Shown here piece by piece: positions 16,887 through 26,583 of a stretch of 54,572 bases of DNA. The position numbers and the translations under genes are program-made. Every line of letters begins with the position of its first letter. Position 1 is the stretch's first letter. This DNA is from a virus. Its lineage: Duplodnaviria; Caudoviricetes. Under the pieces are notes generated by a model. That model did not search any database, was not told the DNA's origin, and saw nothing but the letters and a program-made list of their open reading frames with translations. Where the stretch lies: positions 1 to 54,572 of the IMG/VR virus record IMGVR_UViG_3300036832_000372; one strand, written 5' to 3'.

Positions 16887-17513
16887 ATGTCCGGCGAGAT
16901 ATCCGTCGACACCTCGGACCTCCTGAAGTGGTCGCGGTACATGAGCAACGTACCCAGGCGGACTGGCGCTGCCGTAGCCAGAGCACTCAACACGGTCGGC
17001 GACAACATCCTGAGAGAGTGGATCGCCTATAACGCTGACCAGACGGGGATGTCGATGGACGTCATCCAGCAGCACATTGAGGTCCACAAGGCGACACCAG
17101 ACGACCTGCGGTGGGAGATGGACGCCACCGGCCTGTCACCCAACGCTAACTGGTCGCGACCGTGGCAGTCGTCGGGGGACGAGGCCTTCGACGACGATCG
17201 AGCCCTGGTTAAGATCGTGACCAGGGGTGACGAGCACGTCTGCGAGAAGTGCATCGAGGTGTCTGACCACTCTCCCTACACCATGGCCGAGGTGAGGGCG
17301 ATGAACCCTACCGGCATGTCGAGCCCGCATGGCAGAGACGACGCGACTAACATAGTTCACGCAGGGTGCCGCTGCGTCACTCAGGCGTGGCAGGCCACCA
17401 GGATGCTGCCTGTCACCACCACCGCAGACGCTCCCCCCGAGCTGTTCACCATGCGTCAGCTTGGGCGAGCCATAGCTGACGAGCTGAAGATTGTCTTGAC
17501 GCCGACCAACTGA
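16887..17513 (+). CDS. Minor tail/neck protein (gpZ-like N-terminus) with a MuF-like Cys/His motif
   Basis: AVARALNTVG; TRGDEHVCEKC...HAGCRC. Confidence 0.6.
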   Translation: MSGEISVDTSDLLKWSRYMSNVPRRTGAAVARALNTVGDNILREWIAYNADQTGMSMDVIQQHIEVHKATPDDLRWEMDATGLSPNANWSRPWQSSGDEAFDDDRALVKIVTRGDEHVCEKCIEVSDHSPYTMAEVRAMNPTGMSSPHGRDDATNIVHAGCRCVTQAWQATRMLPVTTTADAPPELFTMRQLGRAIADELKIVLTPTN

Positions 17514-17515
17514 GG

Positions 17516-18148
17516 ATGACGATGGCTATAGACCCCATGCAGAAGATGCTGTTCCAGATGGCTGAGCTCCGCAGGCAGGCCGCTCACTCGGATCGCGTGG
17601 GCTCGGTCCACGAGATCCAGGGCAACAAGATGCGCGTCAAGCTCGGCAAGAAGAAAGACGGCACCGACTGGCTTAGCCCGTGGATACACACCACCGACCA
17701 CAGAGGGGGTGAGCGGCAGAAGGAAGTCTACGCCGTGGGCCAGAACGTCAGAGTCGCCGCGACGGGCGCTGACTTCAGGCAGGCCACCGTCTCTCCCTAC
17801 GCTCCGAGCCAGAAGCACCCACAGCCCGACCACGCCGGAAGCGCAGGAGACGACGCTCACACCTGGCAGAACGGCGACTCGAAGGTCACCAAGAATGGCG
17901 GGTCGCACAACATCATGCAGGGCGACGGCAGCGACCCGACGGTCAATTGCCGGACCTCGACGTCTGGCGGCTTCACCGGCTTCGTCAAGGCCGACGGCCA
18001 CAATCGGGTCCAGGCCCACAAGGACGGGGTCGTGATCTCGTTCAAGGACGACGAGGCCGTGATCTTCGTCGACAAGGATGGTCCGGCCACGACCGCCCCG
18101 CTCCAGATCCGCAAGTCTGGTGTCAAGGCAGACAACAGCGCTAAGTAG
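17516..18148 (+). CDS. Baseplate spike, P2 gpV-like
   Basis: RVGSVHEI..MRVKLG..WLSPWI..YAVGQNV OB-fold pattern. Confidence 0.85.
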   Translation: MTMAIDPMQKMLFQMAELRRQAAHSDRVGSVHEIQGNKMRVKLGKKKDGTDWLSPWIHTTDHRGGERQKEVYAVGQNVRVAATGADFRQATVSPYAPSQKHPQPDHAGSAGDDAHTWQNGDSKVTKNGGSHNIMQGDGSDPTVNCRTSTSGGFTGFVKADGHNRVQAHKDGVVISFKDDEAVIFVDKDGPATTAPLQIRKSGVKADNSAK

Positions 18149-18160
18149 AGGAGGCACAGC

Positions 18161-18388
18161 ATGCCGAAGTCGACTCGACACTACAACATCGCTAGGAGAG
18201 AGGCAGCGAGCGCGGTCTCTGATCGCAAGCCCTACGCCATCACTGACGTGAATCACAGGCCAGACCTCAGAGGGGAGTTCGCTGGCGCCAAGGTCAAGAG
18301 GCAGGGGGACCAGCAGATCGTCCACCTCACGCCGCAGCAGGCTAAGTTCTACATTGACTCTGGCGCGATCGTACCCCTCGACTCATGA
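18161..18388 (+). CDS. Small baseplate-region protein
   Basis: GAGGAGG RBS; VHLTPQQAKFYIDSGAI. Confidence 0.7.
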   Translation: MPKSTRHYNIARREAASAVSDRKPYAITDVNHRPDLRGEFAGAKVKRQGDQQIVHLTPQQAKFYIDSGAIVPLDS

Positions 18389-18978
18389 CTGACATCCTCA
18401 GCGACATCGACCTCGCGGCCGCGGAGTCGACGAGCACCGTGAACTACCCGGTCGTCGACAACGACTTCTTCCGGTCAGTCAATGCGATATGGCCCGAGCT
18501 CCTCAACCACCAGGCGCTCGTCTCTCCAGCTCGAAACGGCATGAATCGGTTCACCGGCAAGCTGATGCAGGGGTGGCCGCACGTCGAGCAGTCGATGGAG
18601 GTGATCTTCGCGACGCCCTACCACGAGAGAGTGCTGCGCCGCTGGGTCGGCAGCTTCGTCCCGATGCTCCTCGGCGAGAACTTCGTCGAGCGGATCGTCA
18701 TGAGATTCTACTGGGCGATCATCACGGGGATAGATCTGTGGGAGCCTGACTACCGTATCCGCCAGGTCTACTTCATGGGGAACGCTCTGTCCGGGTGGTC
18801 ACCGCTGCCGTCGAGCAGCGCGGCCGCTATGGTCCGCCTCGGCGACGCGATCTTCAGGAACGAGGGAGTCTACCGCCCCCGCGGTCACCTTGGCGACTTC
18901 ACTCCCGCCGACACCAAGCAGTCAGCTCTCACCGGCAAGGGTGACGGCCTCTGGGATGTGGAGAGCACTCCGGGATGA
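18385..18978 (+). CDS. Baseplate wedge protein, P2 gpW/T4 gp25-like
   Basis: GMNRFTGK..GWPHVEQS..IFATPYHERVLRRWVGS..WEP. Confidence 0.88.
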   Translation: MTDILSDIDLAAAESTSTVNYPVVDNDFFRSVNAIWPELLNHQALVSPARNGMNRFTGKLMQGWPHVEQSMEVIFATPYHERVLRRWVGSFVPMLLGENFVERIVMRFYWAIITGIDLWEPDYRIRQVYFMGNALSGWSPLPSSSAAAMVRLGDAIFRNEGVYRPRGHLGDFTPADTKQSALTGKGDGLWDVESTPG

Positions 18979-20009
18979 CCACTAATCTCGTCACTACGAC
19001 TCCCACGCGGTTCCCCGTCATCCGGCCGGAGCTGCTGCCGCCGATGGCGGTGCTGCAGCCGATCGACACGGAGAAGATAATCAGCGATAGAATGCAACAA
19101 TTAGTAACTTTTTGGTCGCAGCGCGACCCGCCGAACTCGGCTCAGTACGACGTCGGCGGCCTCGAGTTCGACCCGATCCGAATCAACCAGGAGCTTAACG
19201 CCTACTACGAGCTCCTGATCCGCGATCGCATCAACCAGGCGTGTCGCGCGGTGACGCTGGCGTTCGCTGTCGGCTCCGACCTCGACGCCATCGGGTCGCG
19301 GTACCCCTACGGCGTCCCGCGGATCAGCGTCGCCAACGGCAACACCTACAACGAGACCGACGACGCCTACCGCCTGCGCCTGTGGTTGTCGCCGTCGATC
19401 CTCAGCCTCACCGGCACCGGTCAGGGCACCTTCGAGTCGTACGTCTTCTGGGCGCTGTCGGCGCCGATGTACGCCAACGAAGATCCCCTCAAGCACGCCT
19501 CGGCCCTCACCAAGCCAGGGACCGGCTACGTCTACATCCCCATCCTGTCGTCGACTTGCTCAAATCCCTCCATGTCGTGGACCATGTCTCCGAACGGCCA
19601 GGTGTGGACGCTGCTCCCTGGTACGGTCCCCACTCCCACCGACAACCAGATCAACGCTGTCCAGCAGTACATCACTGAGCCGAACACCGCAAGGAAGGGT
19701 CTCACCGACGTCATTGTGACGATGAAACCGAAGATCACTAACACCGAGATCAACGTCGACTTGTGGCTGTTCCCTGGCATCAACATGCTGACCATGATGG
19801 GGACCGTGGCCAAGGCCGTCGGAGATCTCGTCACGGCGATGCGATGGCTCGGGGCCGACCTGACGCTGCTGTCCTTGGACGGCGCTCTATCGCAGGCCGG
19901 CGTCTACGACCGCAAGATCTACGCGCCTACCACTGACTGCATCGTCAACGTCGATGGTGTCGTCAACGTCACTAAGGCTACGCTGCGCTACAGAGGGACT
20001 GGTGAATGA
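18975..20009 (+). CDS. Baseplate protein, P2 gpJ-like
   Basis: RDRINQACRAVTLAFAVGSDLDAIG..ETDDAYRLR..G...SYVFWALSA. Confidence 0.9.
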   Translation: MTTNLVTTTPTRFPVIRPELLPPMAVLQPIDTEKIISDRMQQLVTFWSQRDPPNSAQYDVGGLEFDPIRINQELNAYYELLIRDRINQACRAVTLAFAVGSDLDAIGSRYPYGVPRISVANGNTYNETDDAYRLRLWLSPSILSLTGTGQGTFESYVFWALSAPMYANEDPLKHASALTKPGTGYVYIPILSSTCSNPSMSWTMSPNGQVWTLLPGTVPTPTDNQINAVQQYITEPNTARKGLTDVIVTMKPKITNTEINVDLWLFPGINMLTMMGTVAKAVGDLVTAMRWLGADLTLLSLDGALSQAGVYDRKIYAPTTDCIVNVDGVVNVTKATLRYRGTGE

Positions 20010-23000
20010 GTCTTCTCAATAACTGCGCATTTATCGCTACTGCTGGTGGCATCACTGACTTCGGTGTGTCTTCAGCGATGGTCGGGTCGCTTACCCCGGC
20101 TCAGAGTGGAGCCGTCAACTCTGCAGTTTACAGCTACTGTGCCAGATCGCTAGATCAGACGCAGTGGGAGATCGGTCGCGGAACGTACAGCACCACAGGA
20201 CCTACGCTCGCGCGGACAACGGTACTTCTCTCCTCGAACGCGAACGCGAAGGTCAACTTTGCCTCGACGCCGATCGTGGCGATCGATGCCCTAGCCGAAG
20301 ACATACCGGCTCCTTACACTCCGGCACGCGCCATCAACTTGGTCCAGCAGTACGGGGTGGATAACACCGGTGCCACCGATGTGACATCGACCGTTCAGGG
20401 GATCATCAACTCGTTCGGCACCAACAGTGGCGCGGAGATCTTCCTCGACGGCATCTTCACCCTGGGGTCGCTGACCCTTCCTGCGGGGTCGGTGTTCAAG
20501 ATTCGATGGGCGGGTGAGATCAGAGTCCCCATAGGCCAGACGTTCGTCATCCCGCCATATCTCGCCATGGAAGGTGAGGCCGGCACTTACGCCGATCAGT
20601 TTGGCCCACAGGGCAGCAACGTTGGATTGATCACGGGATCGTCAACGAGCAATCCTGTGGTTCAGATGGCAGGTGGCACTCAGTCCTCGCTTAGGAATGT
20701 CAGGATCGCCCCACCGGTCGGCATCGGCCTGCAGATAACTCCGAGTGCCACTAGTCTCGGCTCTGGTGTTTATCTCGAGAACGTCACCTGCCGTGCTCAG
20801 CGCGGCAACCCGAATTCCATCCCACTGCAGGTCGACAGTGTCTTTTGGATCAAGATGGTCGACTGCACGTTCATCGGCGATCTCGGCTCGCATCCCCGCC
20901 CGGTGCAGTTTCTCCAAACCATCACACGCACGCAGGTTGCCTACCTGGGACTGATCGATTGTCGCAACCTTCGTCTCAATGGTGGCGGCATCTACTTCTA
21001 CTCGTGCACGGGGCCTCTCAGCTCGGGGTTCTTGTTCGAGGACACGCAGGTCGAGAACATGGTGGCTGGTCGCTCCATGTTCGAGTTCGACACTACGTTC
21101 GCCACCTTCACCGGCTCGATCGCCGCGGGCACCAACACGCTGGTGGTGTCGGCGATGGCTGCCGTCAACACCGGCCACATCGAGATCGGGCAGCTTCTCA
21201 CCGGCACCAATGTCCTTGCCTCGACCTACGTCACCGGCTTTGTCAGCGGGACGCCCGGTGGCGTCGGCACTTATACCGTGTCGCAAACTCACCCTGCCGG
21301 TGTCGCCAGCACGACGATCACCACGCCCGCGGTTATTATCTCTAACATCAAGATCGTTCGTCCCAAGAACTTCGATGCCATCGGCGGCACCTACCTCATC
21401 AAGAACAGCGGAGCCGGGACGCGTGACATCGTCGTTGAGGACTGGGACTCCACCTTCGGTCTCGTCGACCCGGTCTCGGCACCGATCATCGGTGGTGTCA
21501 AGTTGACGGTGCGGCATCAGTTTCCATACTCGTTCGCCATCCCTACGCCGTGGCCGGCGCTGTGGGCTCAGAACTACTCGGTCGACTACTGGGGTGCGCT
21601 TGACGCCAAGCTGATCACCGCCCCGCGCGGTCCGCAGGCCATTGGCGGCTACGCTCTCGCGGTCGAGCAAGATCCGACGACATGGCCAGCGGCGACCGGC
21701 GGCGGTGTCTTGACGACCGGCATCATCGGCGTCGATGGCCTGCCGACCGCGGGCCAGCTGTCGGGACCGAACGGTGCGGCGATCACCCTCAACAACACCG
21801 TCACCAACAGTTTCGCGATCGGCGACTGGCTGATCCCTGGCTGCTGGGTTCAGTCCGATCCGGTGCAGGCTGGGCCAGCCTCGTTCACCGCCTCGATCAA
21901 TGGCACGACAATGTCGGTGTCGGCTGTCGCTAGCGGCTACCTGTCGGTTGGACAGACCATCTCCGCTCCGAGCGGTCCGGTCTCGTTCAACGGCTGGATC
22001 GACGGCGGCACCGTGCTTCACGTCGTGGCGAACACCGTCGTCGGCACGATCCAGGTGGGTCAGCAGATTGGCGGTCCTGGCGTCGCCACTGGCACCGCCA
22101 TCACCGCCCTGGGAACTGGCTACGGTGCGGACGGCACCTACACGATCTCGCCGTCGCAGGCCAACGTAGGCAGCTCTGGTTCTCCGGTTGCGATGAATGT
22201 CGGCGTCAAGGCAGGCACTCTGATCTCAGCGTTTGGCACCGGCACCGGTGGCGTTGGCGACTACACGATCTCGACTTCGCAGAATGCCCAGAGCCAGACG
22301 ATGACCGGCGCTGGCCGCAACCCGGCCAACGTCGAGCTGCTGATGGCACCGACGACGTTCATTCTCGACGCCAATCCAGTCTCCGGTTATCGCGCCTTCC
22401 TCGACAGCGAGCACGGTCCTGCCAAGCTCGGCTCCAACGCCTGGACGTTCCTCTGTCAGGCCCACAAGATCACCACGATCGGCGCCAACCCGGCCAAGGC
22501 GACGCTGGTGCTGATGCGCACGACCTCAGCCGGCGTCACCAACTTCGACAAGCCAGGCGTGATCCACATCCCCTGCTGCGCGACCTTCACCGCCTCGGTG
22601 GCCGCAGGGGCGCTCAGCACCCTCGTCGTGTCCGCGGTCGCGTCCGGCCGCATCATGGTCGGCATGGTGATTGCCGGCGGCGTTGCGGCGGGAAGCAAGA
22701 TTCTCGCGCTCGGCACCGGTGTCGGCGGCACCGGCAATTACACGATCACGGCGCAGGGCGGTGCGGTCGCCAGTCAGGCGATGACCGGCAATCGCAATAT
22801 CCCGGACGCCGACGTTATGACCATGGCGCGGTCGCTGACCGCGTGGTCGTCGCGGGCGCAGCCAGGCGACGTCAGCCTGCTCGACACCCAGAAGCTCATG
22901 CTCGGCGGCGGTGTCCAGTTATTCAGTGCGCCATCACCGCCATCCACTGGCGTCTACAATGTCGGTGCTCGCTGTCTGAACAGCTCGCCTACCCCTGGTG

Positions 23001-25975
23001 GGATCGAGGGCTGGACCTGCACTGGGTCGTCGCCGCTGACGTGGAAGACATTCGGTTTTACCGACTCGATTGCGTTTGGTGGGACGCAGACGTTCAGCAC
23101 CTTGGCGGCGTTTCAGGCAGCGACGTCGTTCCCCTCTGGCCTCACCGAGGTGCGGGTCAGGAACGTGCAGGGGACGTGGCCGCCTGCGGCTGGCAACGAA
23201 GCGGTCCCGCTCAGCTACAAGCCGATCGCGTCGACGCTCGGGCTCTACGGCGAGCTTACGGTGGCGGGCCAGCTGTTCGCGCCGATGTACTCGACCAACC
23301 CGGTCAACGCCGGTGAGTTCGGTATGGTGGCGGACGGCAGCAACGTCACGACGGCGCGTCAGATCATGGGCGCGACAGCAGACGGCACCAATGTGCTGGT
23401 GGTCCCGGGTCTGCCCGCTGTCGGCTTGTTCTCGACTGGCATGAATGTCGCCGACAGCTGCTGGCACTCGCTGGGCGCGGGTGCGATCCCGACTGGCACC
23501 ACGATCACGGCCATCAACAACGACGGAGCCGGTCACGTCGTGTCGCTGACGCTGTCGAACAACGCGCCGACCGGGCAGCATCTCTGCGTCATCTGCTGGA
23601 CCGAGACGATGACCGGCACCGATAACACGCCGATGCTGCAGGCTGCGCTCGACTTCGCGATGCAAAATCGCTATCCCGACATTCGCATCCCGCTTGGGAA
23701 ATACACCTTTAACGACCAAATCAATATGGGTTGGGGCAATACCTATTATGAGCTGCATCTGATCGGGACGGAGCGAGATTCCTATCAATCAGACTATCCC
23801 GGCGTCGTTCTATATTTCACCAAGACCGACCGCATGGCGATTAGCATCCAAGGGGGGCGGAATATCCTGATTTCCGGCCTCGCGATCGTCGGCCGCCACC
23901 GCATTTTTTCTACCTATGCCCAGTGGTTCGCATTGTCGGGAGCGGGATCGATCCTCAGGGGCCAGTCGTCTGATCCACAGGACTACCTCGATCCGCGTTT
24001 CGTGCCGACCGGCAGCAATCCCGGAGGCATCCAAACTCATTGTCCGCACGCCGCGATCACGCAGGACGCCTACTCGGGAGTGCAGCCAACCGACCATTAT
24101 CCCACTCGCACTTATCCGGCGTGGGTCGTCAATGCCGGGCTTCCTCAAGCAAACCAGTACAATCTTGTGGTCTATACCTCGGAAATCATCATCGAGCGGT
24201 GCTCAATCATCGGTTTCGCGGTGCACATCGCCAGTGGATTGAACACCAACAATCAGGGCGACTTCCTCAAGGTCCGCGACATGAACATGTGTGCTGGCGC
24301 TTATGGCCTGTCGGTCAACAATGGCCAGTCGCGTGGCGTTGAATTTCGCAACATCGACTACGCAGGCTTCCATACGCTGTTCTCGTGCTCCAACCTCGGC
24401 ATCGGCACTGGTGAGATCAACGGTCCGCTCGACAACATCCAGGGCGGTCAGAGCTACCAGTCGTTCGACTTCAACAACATGAGCGTGTGCGGCCCGGTCA
24501 CCATCCACAATCATTATTTCGAGGGCCAAATCCGGCTCGGCAATTTCAACGCCTCGGCGTCGTTCGCTCCACTGGTCCAGTTCGTCGGCGGTATCTTCTC
24601 GTTCCATCTCTACAACATTTCCAACTGTCTGATGACGAGCGGCCAATACGGCAAGATCGTGTTGCGCGGCTGTCAGATCGGCGGACCGCAGCGCATCACC
24701 TCGCTGATCGGAAGCTCTGGCGGCGGCGGGCTGGAGATCGACGGCGGCTCCTTCGTTGGCGGGGCGGCGCAGAACACCAGCGCGGCGCTAGTGCAGGCGG
24801 TGAACTTCTGCGGCGGCATCCTGCACGGTACGCCGCGCTTCAACATGGCGGTGCGCGACGATTACCGGGTGAGCCACCTCAACTGCACCTACTTTAACGC
24901 TGTGGGCGGCGGCCAAAGCTCGTGGGTTCACGACGACGAGTACAGCTTCGTCAATACCGCGACCGGTGTCGCCACCCGCGGCATCGCTACCCAGTGCATG
25001 AAGACGATCACCGATATCTTTAAGCGTAAGTGGTTCATGACGATTCCACCGGAAAACCAGCTGGGCATCGCTTCGATGACCGGCGTTGCTTTCAACAACG
25101 ACATCCTGACCTTTAACTGGGCGACCGCTAACCAGAACGCCGCCGACTATCGATACAATATCGCAGTCGGCGATATGCTGATGGCTCCCAACGGCAACGC
25201 CGCCAATGTCGGGACGTGTTGGGTCGTCACTGCGGTCGGCGCGCTATCCGGCGGCAACTATCCGATCACAGCGCAGCAGCAGAACAACCTGATTATTGAC
25301 GCCAGCAACAACTTCGTGAAGCAACTGATTACCGACTTCAGTTTCGCTGGGACCAATTTCCAGATCATCAAGACCGGCGTGGTGATCCCGTCGACGCTCA
25401 ACTACGCTAACTTCTCTGCGGGTAGTCCCAACATCTCTGGCGTCAGCGACGGCTCCGGCATCTCGAAGTTCTTGAACAACTACGCCAACGGCGACATCTA
25501 CTTTGGGCTCGCCAACGTCAACTCGCCCAACCCGTGGCCGATCCAGCCGGGCACAACGATGACGTCGTTCACCGATGGCACGCCAGGGTCTGCGGTGCTG
25601 AGCAAGAACGCGCTAGTCTCCGGCACCTTCCCGCTGTTCCCCTACGAGCTGCGTGGTGGCGGCGGTGGCGGCGGTACCGTCGCATCGACGCGCGAGGTGA
25701 CGATCAACACCAGCTTCACCGCGGCCGACAGCGACGACATCATCGGGCTCAACCCGACGACGAGCGCCTCGTTCACCGTGACGCTGCCGCTGTCGTCGAG
25801 CCGTGGCGGGCGCTCGATCATGATCGCCGATCTCAAGGGCTTCTGTGCCGCGTTCCCGGTCACCGTGGCGATGTCGGGCTCCGACACCTGCCTTGGGCAG
25901 ACGACGCTGACGATCGGCAATGATTTCCAGTCGCTCCTACTTCGGCCACGCGCCAGCGGAGGATGGTTCCTATGA
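20006..25975 (+). CDS. Giant tail spike/fibre (1989 aa) with two putative beta-helix domains and repeated inserted modules
   Basis: Fibre-type N-terminus WEIGRGTY..TLARTTVLLSSN; two pectate-lyase-3-like starts (YGVDNTGATDVT; FGMVADG..TDNTPMLQAALD); fibre-type C-terminus FTVTLP. Confidence 0.8.
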   Translation: MSLLNNCAFIATAGGITDFGVSSAMVGSLTPAQSGAVNSAVYSYCARSLDQTQWEIGRGTYSTTGPTLARTTVLLSSNANAKVNFASTPIVAIDALAEDIPAPYTPARAINLVQQYGVDNTGATDVTSTVQGIINSFGTNSGAEIFLDGIFTLGSLTLPAGSVFKIRWAGEIRVPIGQTFVIPPYLAMEGEAGTYADQFGPQGSNVGLITGSSTSNPVVQMAGGTQSSLRNVRIAPPVGIGLQITPSATSLGSGVYLENVTCRAQRGNPNSIPLQVDSVFWIKMVDCTFIGDLGSHPRPVQFLQTITRTQVAYLGLIDCRNLRLNGGGIYFYSCTGPLSSGFLFEDTQVENMVAGRSMFEFDTTFATFTGSIAAGTNTLVVSAMAAVNTGHIEIGQLLTGTNVLASTYVTGFVSGTPGGVGTYTVSQTHPAGVASTTITTPAVIISNIKIVRPKNFDAIGGTYLIKNSGAGTRDIVVEDWDSTFGLVDPVSAPIIGGVKLTVRHQFPYSFAIPTPWPALWAQNYSVDYWGALDAKLITAPRGPQAIGGYALAVEQDPTTWPAATGGGVLTTGIIGVDGLPTAGQLSGPNGAAITLNNTVTNSFAIGDWLIPGCWVQSDPVQAGPASFTASINGTTMSVSAVASGYLSVGQTISAPSGPVSFNGWIDGGTVLHVVANTVVGTIQVGQQIGGPGVATGTAITALGTGYGADGTYTISPSQANVGSSGSPVAMNVGVKAGTLISAFGTGTGGVGDYTISTSQNAQSQTMTGAGRNPANVELLMAPTTFILDANPVSGYRAFLDSEHGPAKLGSNAWTFLCQAHKITTIGANPAKATLVLMRTTSAGVTNFDKPGVIHIPCCATFTASVAAGALSTLVVSAVASGRIMVGMVIAGGVAAGSKILALGTGVGGTGNYTITAQGGAVASQAMTGNRNIPDADVMTMARSLTAWSSRAQPGDVSLLDTQKLMLGGGVQLFSAPSPPSTGVYNVGARCLNSSPTPGGIEGWTCTGSSPLTWKTFGFTDSIAFGGTQTFSTLAAFQAATSFPSGLTEVRVRNVQGTWPPAAGNEAVPLSYKPIASTLGLYGELTVAGQLFAPMYSTNPVNAGEFGMVADGSNVTTARQIMGATADGTNVLVVPGLPAVGLFSTGMNVADSCWHSLGAGAIPTGTTITAINNDGAGHVVSLTLSNNAPTGQHLCVICWTETMTGTDNTPMLQAALDFAMQNRYPDIRIPLGKYTFNDQINMGWGNTYYELHLIGTERDSYQSDYPGVVLYFTKTDRMAISIQGGRNILISGLAIVGRHRIFSTYAQWFALSGAGSILRGQSSDPQDYLDPRFVPTGSNPGGIQTHCPHAAITQDAYSGVQPTDHYPTRTYPAWVVNAGLPQANQYNLVVYTSEIIIERCSIIGFAVHIASGLNTNNQGDFLKVRDMNMCAGAYGLSVNNGQSRGVEFRNIDYAGFHTLFSCSNLGIGTGEINGPLDNIQGGQSYQSFDFNNMSVCGPVTIHNHYFEGQIRLGNFNASASFAPLVQFVGGIFSFHLYNISNCLMTSGQYGKIVLRGCQIGGPQRITSLIGSSGGGGLEIDGGSFVGGAAQNTSAALVQAVNFCGGILHGTPRFNMAVRDDYRVSHLNCTYFNAVGGGQSSWVHDDEYSFVNTATGVATRGIATQCMKTITDIFKRKWFMTIPPENQLGIASMTGVAFNNDILTFNWATANQNAADYRYNIAVGDMLMAPNGNAANVGTCWVVTAVGALSGGNYPITAQQQNNLIIDASNNFVKQLITDFSFAGTNFQIIKTGVVIPSTLNYANFSAGSPNISGVSDGSGISKFLNNYANGDIYFGLANVNSPNPWPIQPGTTMTSFTDGTPGSAVLSKNALVSGTFPLFPYELRGGGGGGGTVASTREVTINTSFTAADSDDIIGLNPTTSASFTVTLPLSSSRGGRSIMIADLKGFCAAFPVTVAMSGSDTCLGQTTLTIGNDFQSLLLRPRASGGWFL

Positions 25976-26583
25976 TGCGCAAGGCACTCTGGCTCGCGAT
26001 CGGACTTTTCATCGGGTCACTCGGCGTCGCCATCGGTCAATTCGGCGGCGATGTTGCGCCAGCTACGTTCCTCGGCAACGTCGGCGGGACGCGTGCGCCT
26101 GCAGCGGCGATCCCGCTTTCCCATGCGTTCAGCTTCGCGAACCTGCAGCAGCTGCCAGCGTACACCTATCCGTGCAACAACACTGCGTCACTGGCCGACA
26201 TGCAATCGTGCGCCGCGACCGCACCGACCGCGCCGCTCTACACCGATGGCGCGACGATCTGGATTCACCAGGGGGCATGGGTCGGAAACGGCCCGGTGCC
26301 GACGCCGTCCGGGACCTGCACGGTCTCGGCGCAGGGCGGTGGCACCACGGTCGGCCGCTTCACCGCGGCCGCGTGCGCTGCCGGCACCATCATTCTCACC
26401 TTCAACGTCACCGGCATGGCACCGACGCCGAGCGGCTGGTCGTGCAGCATGGACGACCAGACCACGACTGCGGCGGTCTTCAAGCAGACCGCGAATACCG
26501 CGACCAGCGTAACTTTCACCAATTCTGGTTCGGCCTCGGTCAACGGTGACGCTGTGACCTTCAGGTGTCAGGGGATGCAGTGA
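25972..26583 (+). CDS. Cys-rich fibre-like protein with signal peptide
   Basis: GGAGGA RBS before 25972; MMRKALWLAIGLFIGSLGVAIG; Thr/Gly/Cys-rich. Confidence 0.75.
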   Translation: MMRKALWLAIGLFIGSLGVAIGQFGGDVAPATFLGNVGGTRAPAAAIPLSHAFSFANLQQLPAYTYPCNNTASLADMQSCAATAPTAPLYTDGATIWIHQGAWVGNGPVPTPSGTCTVSAQGGGTTVGRFTAAACAAGTIILTFNVTGMAPTPSGWSCSMDDQTTTAAVFKQTANTATSVTFTNSGSASVNGDAVTFRCQGMQ

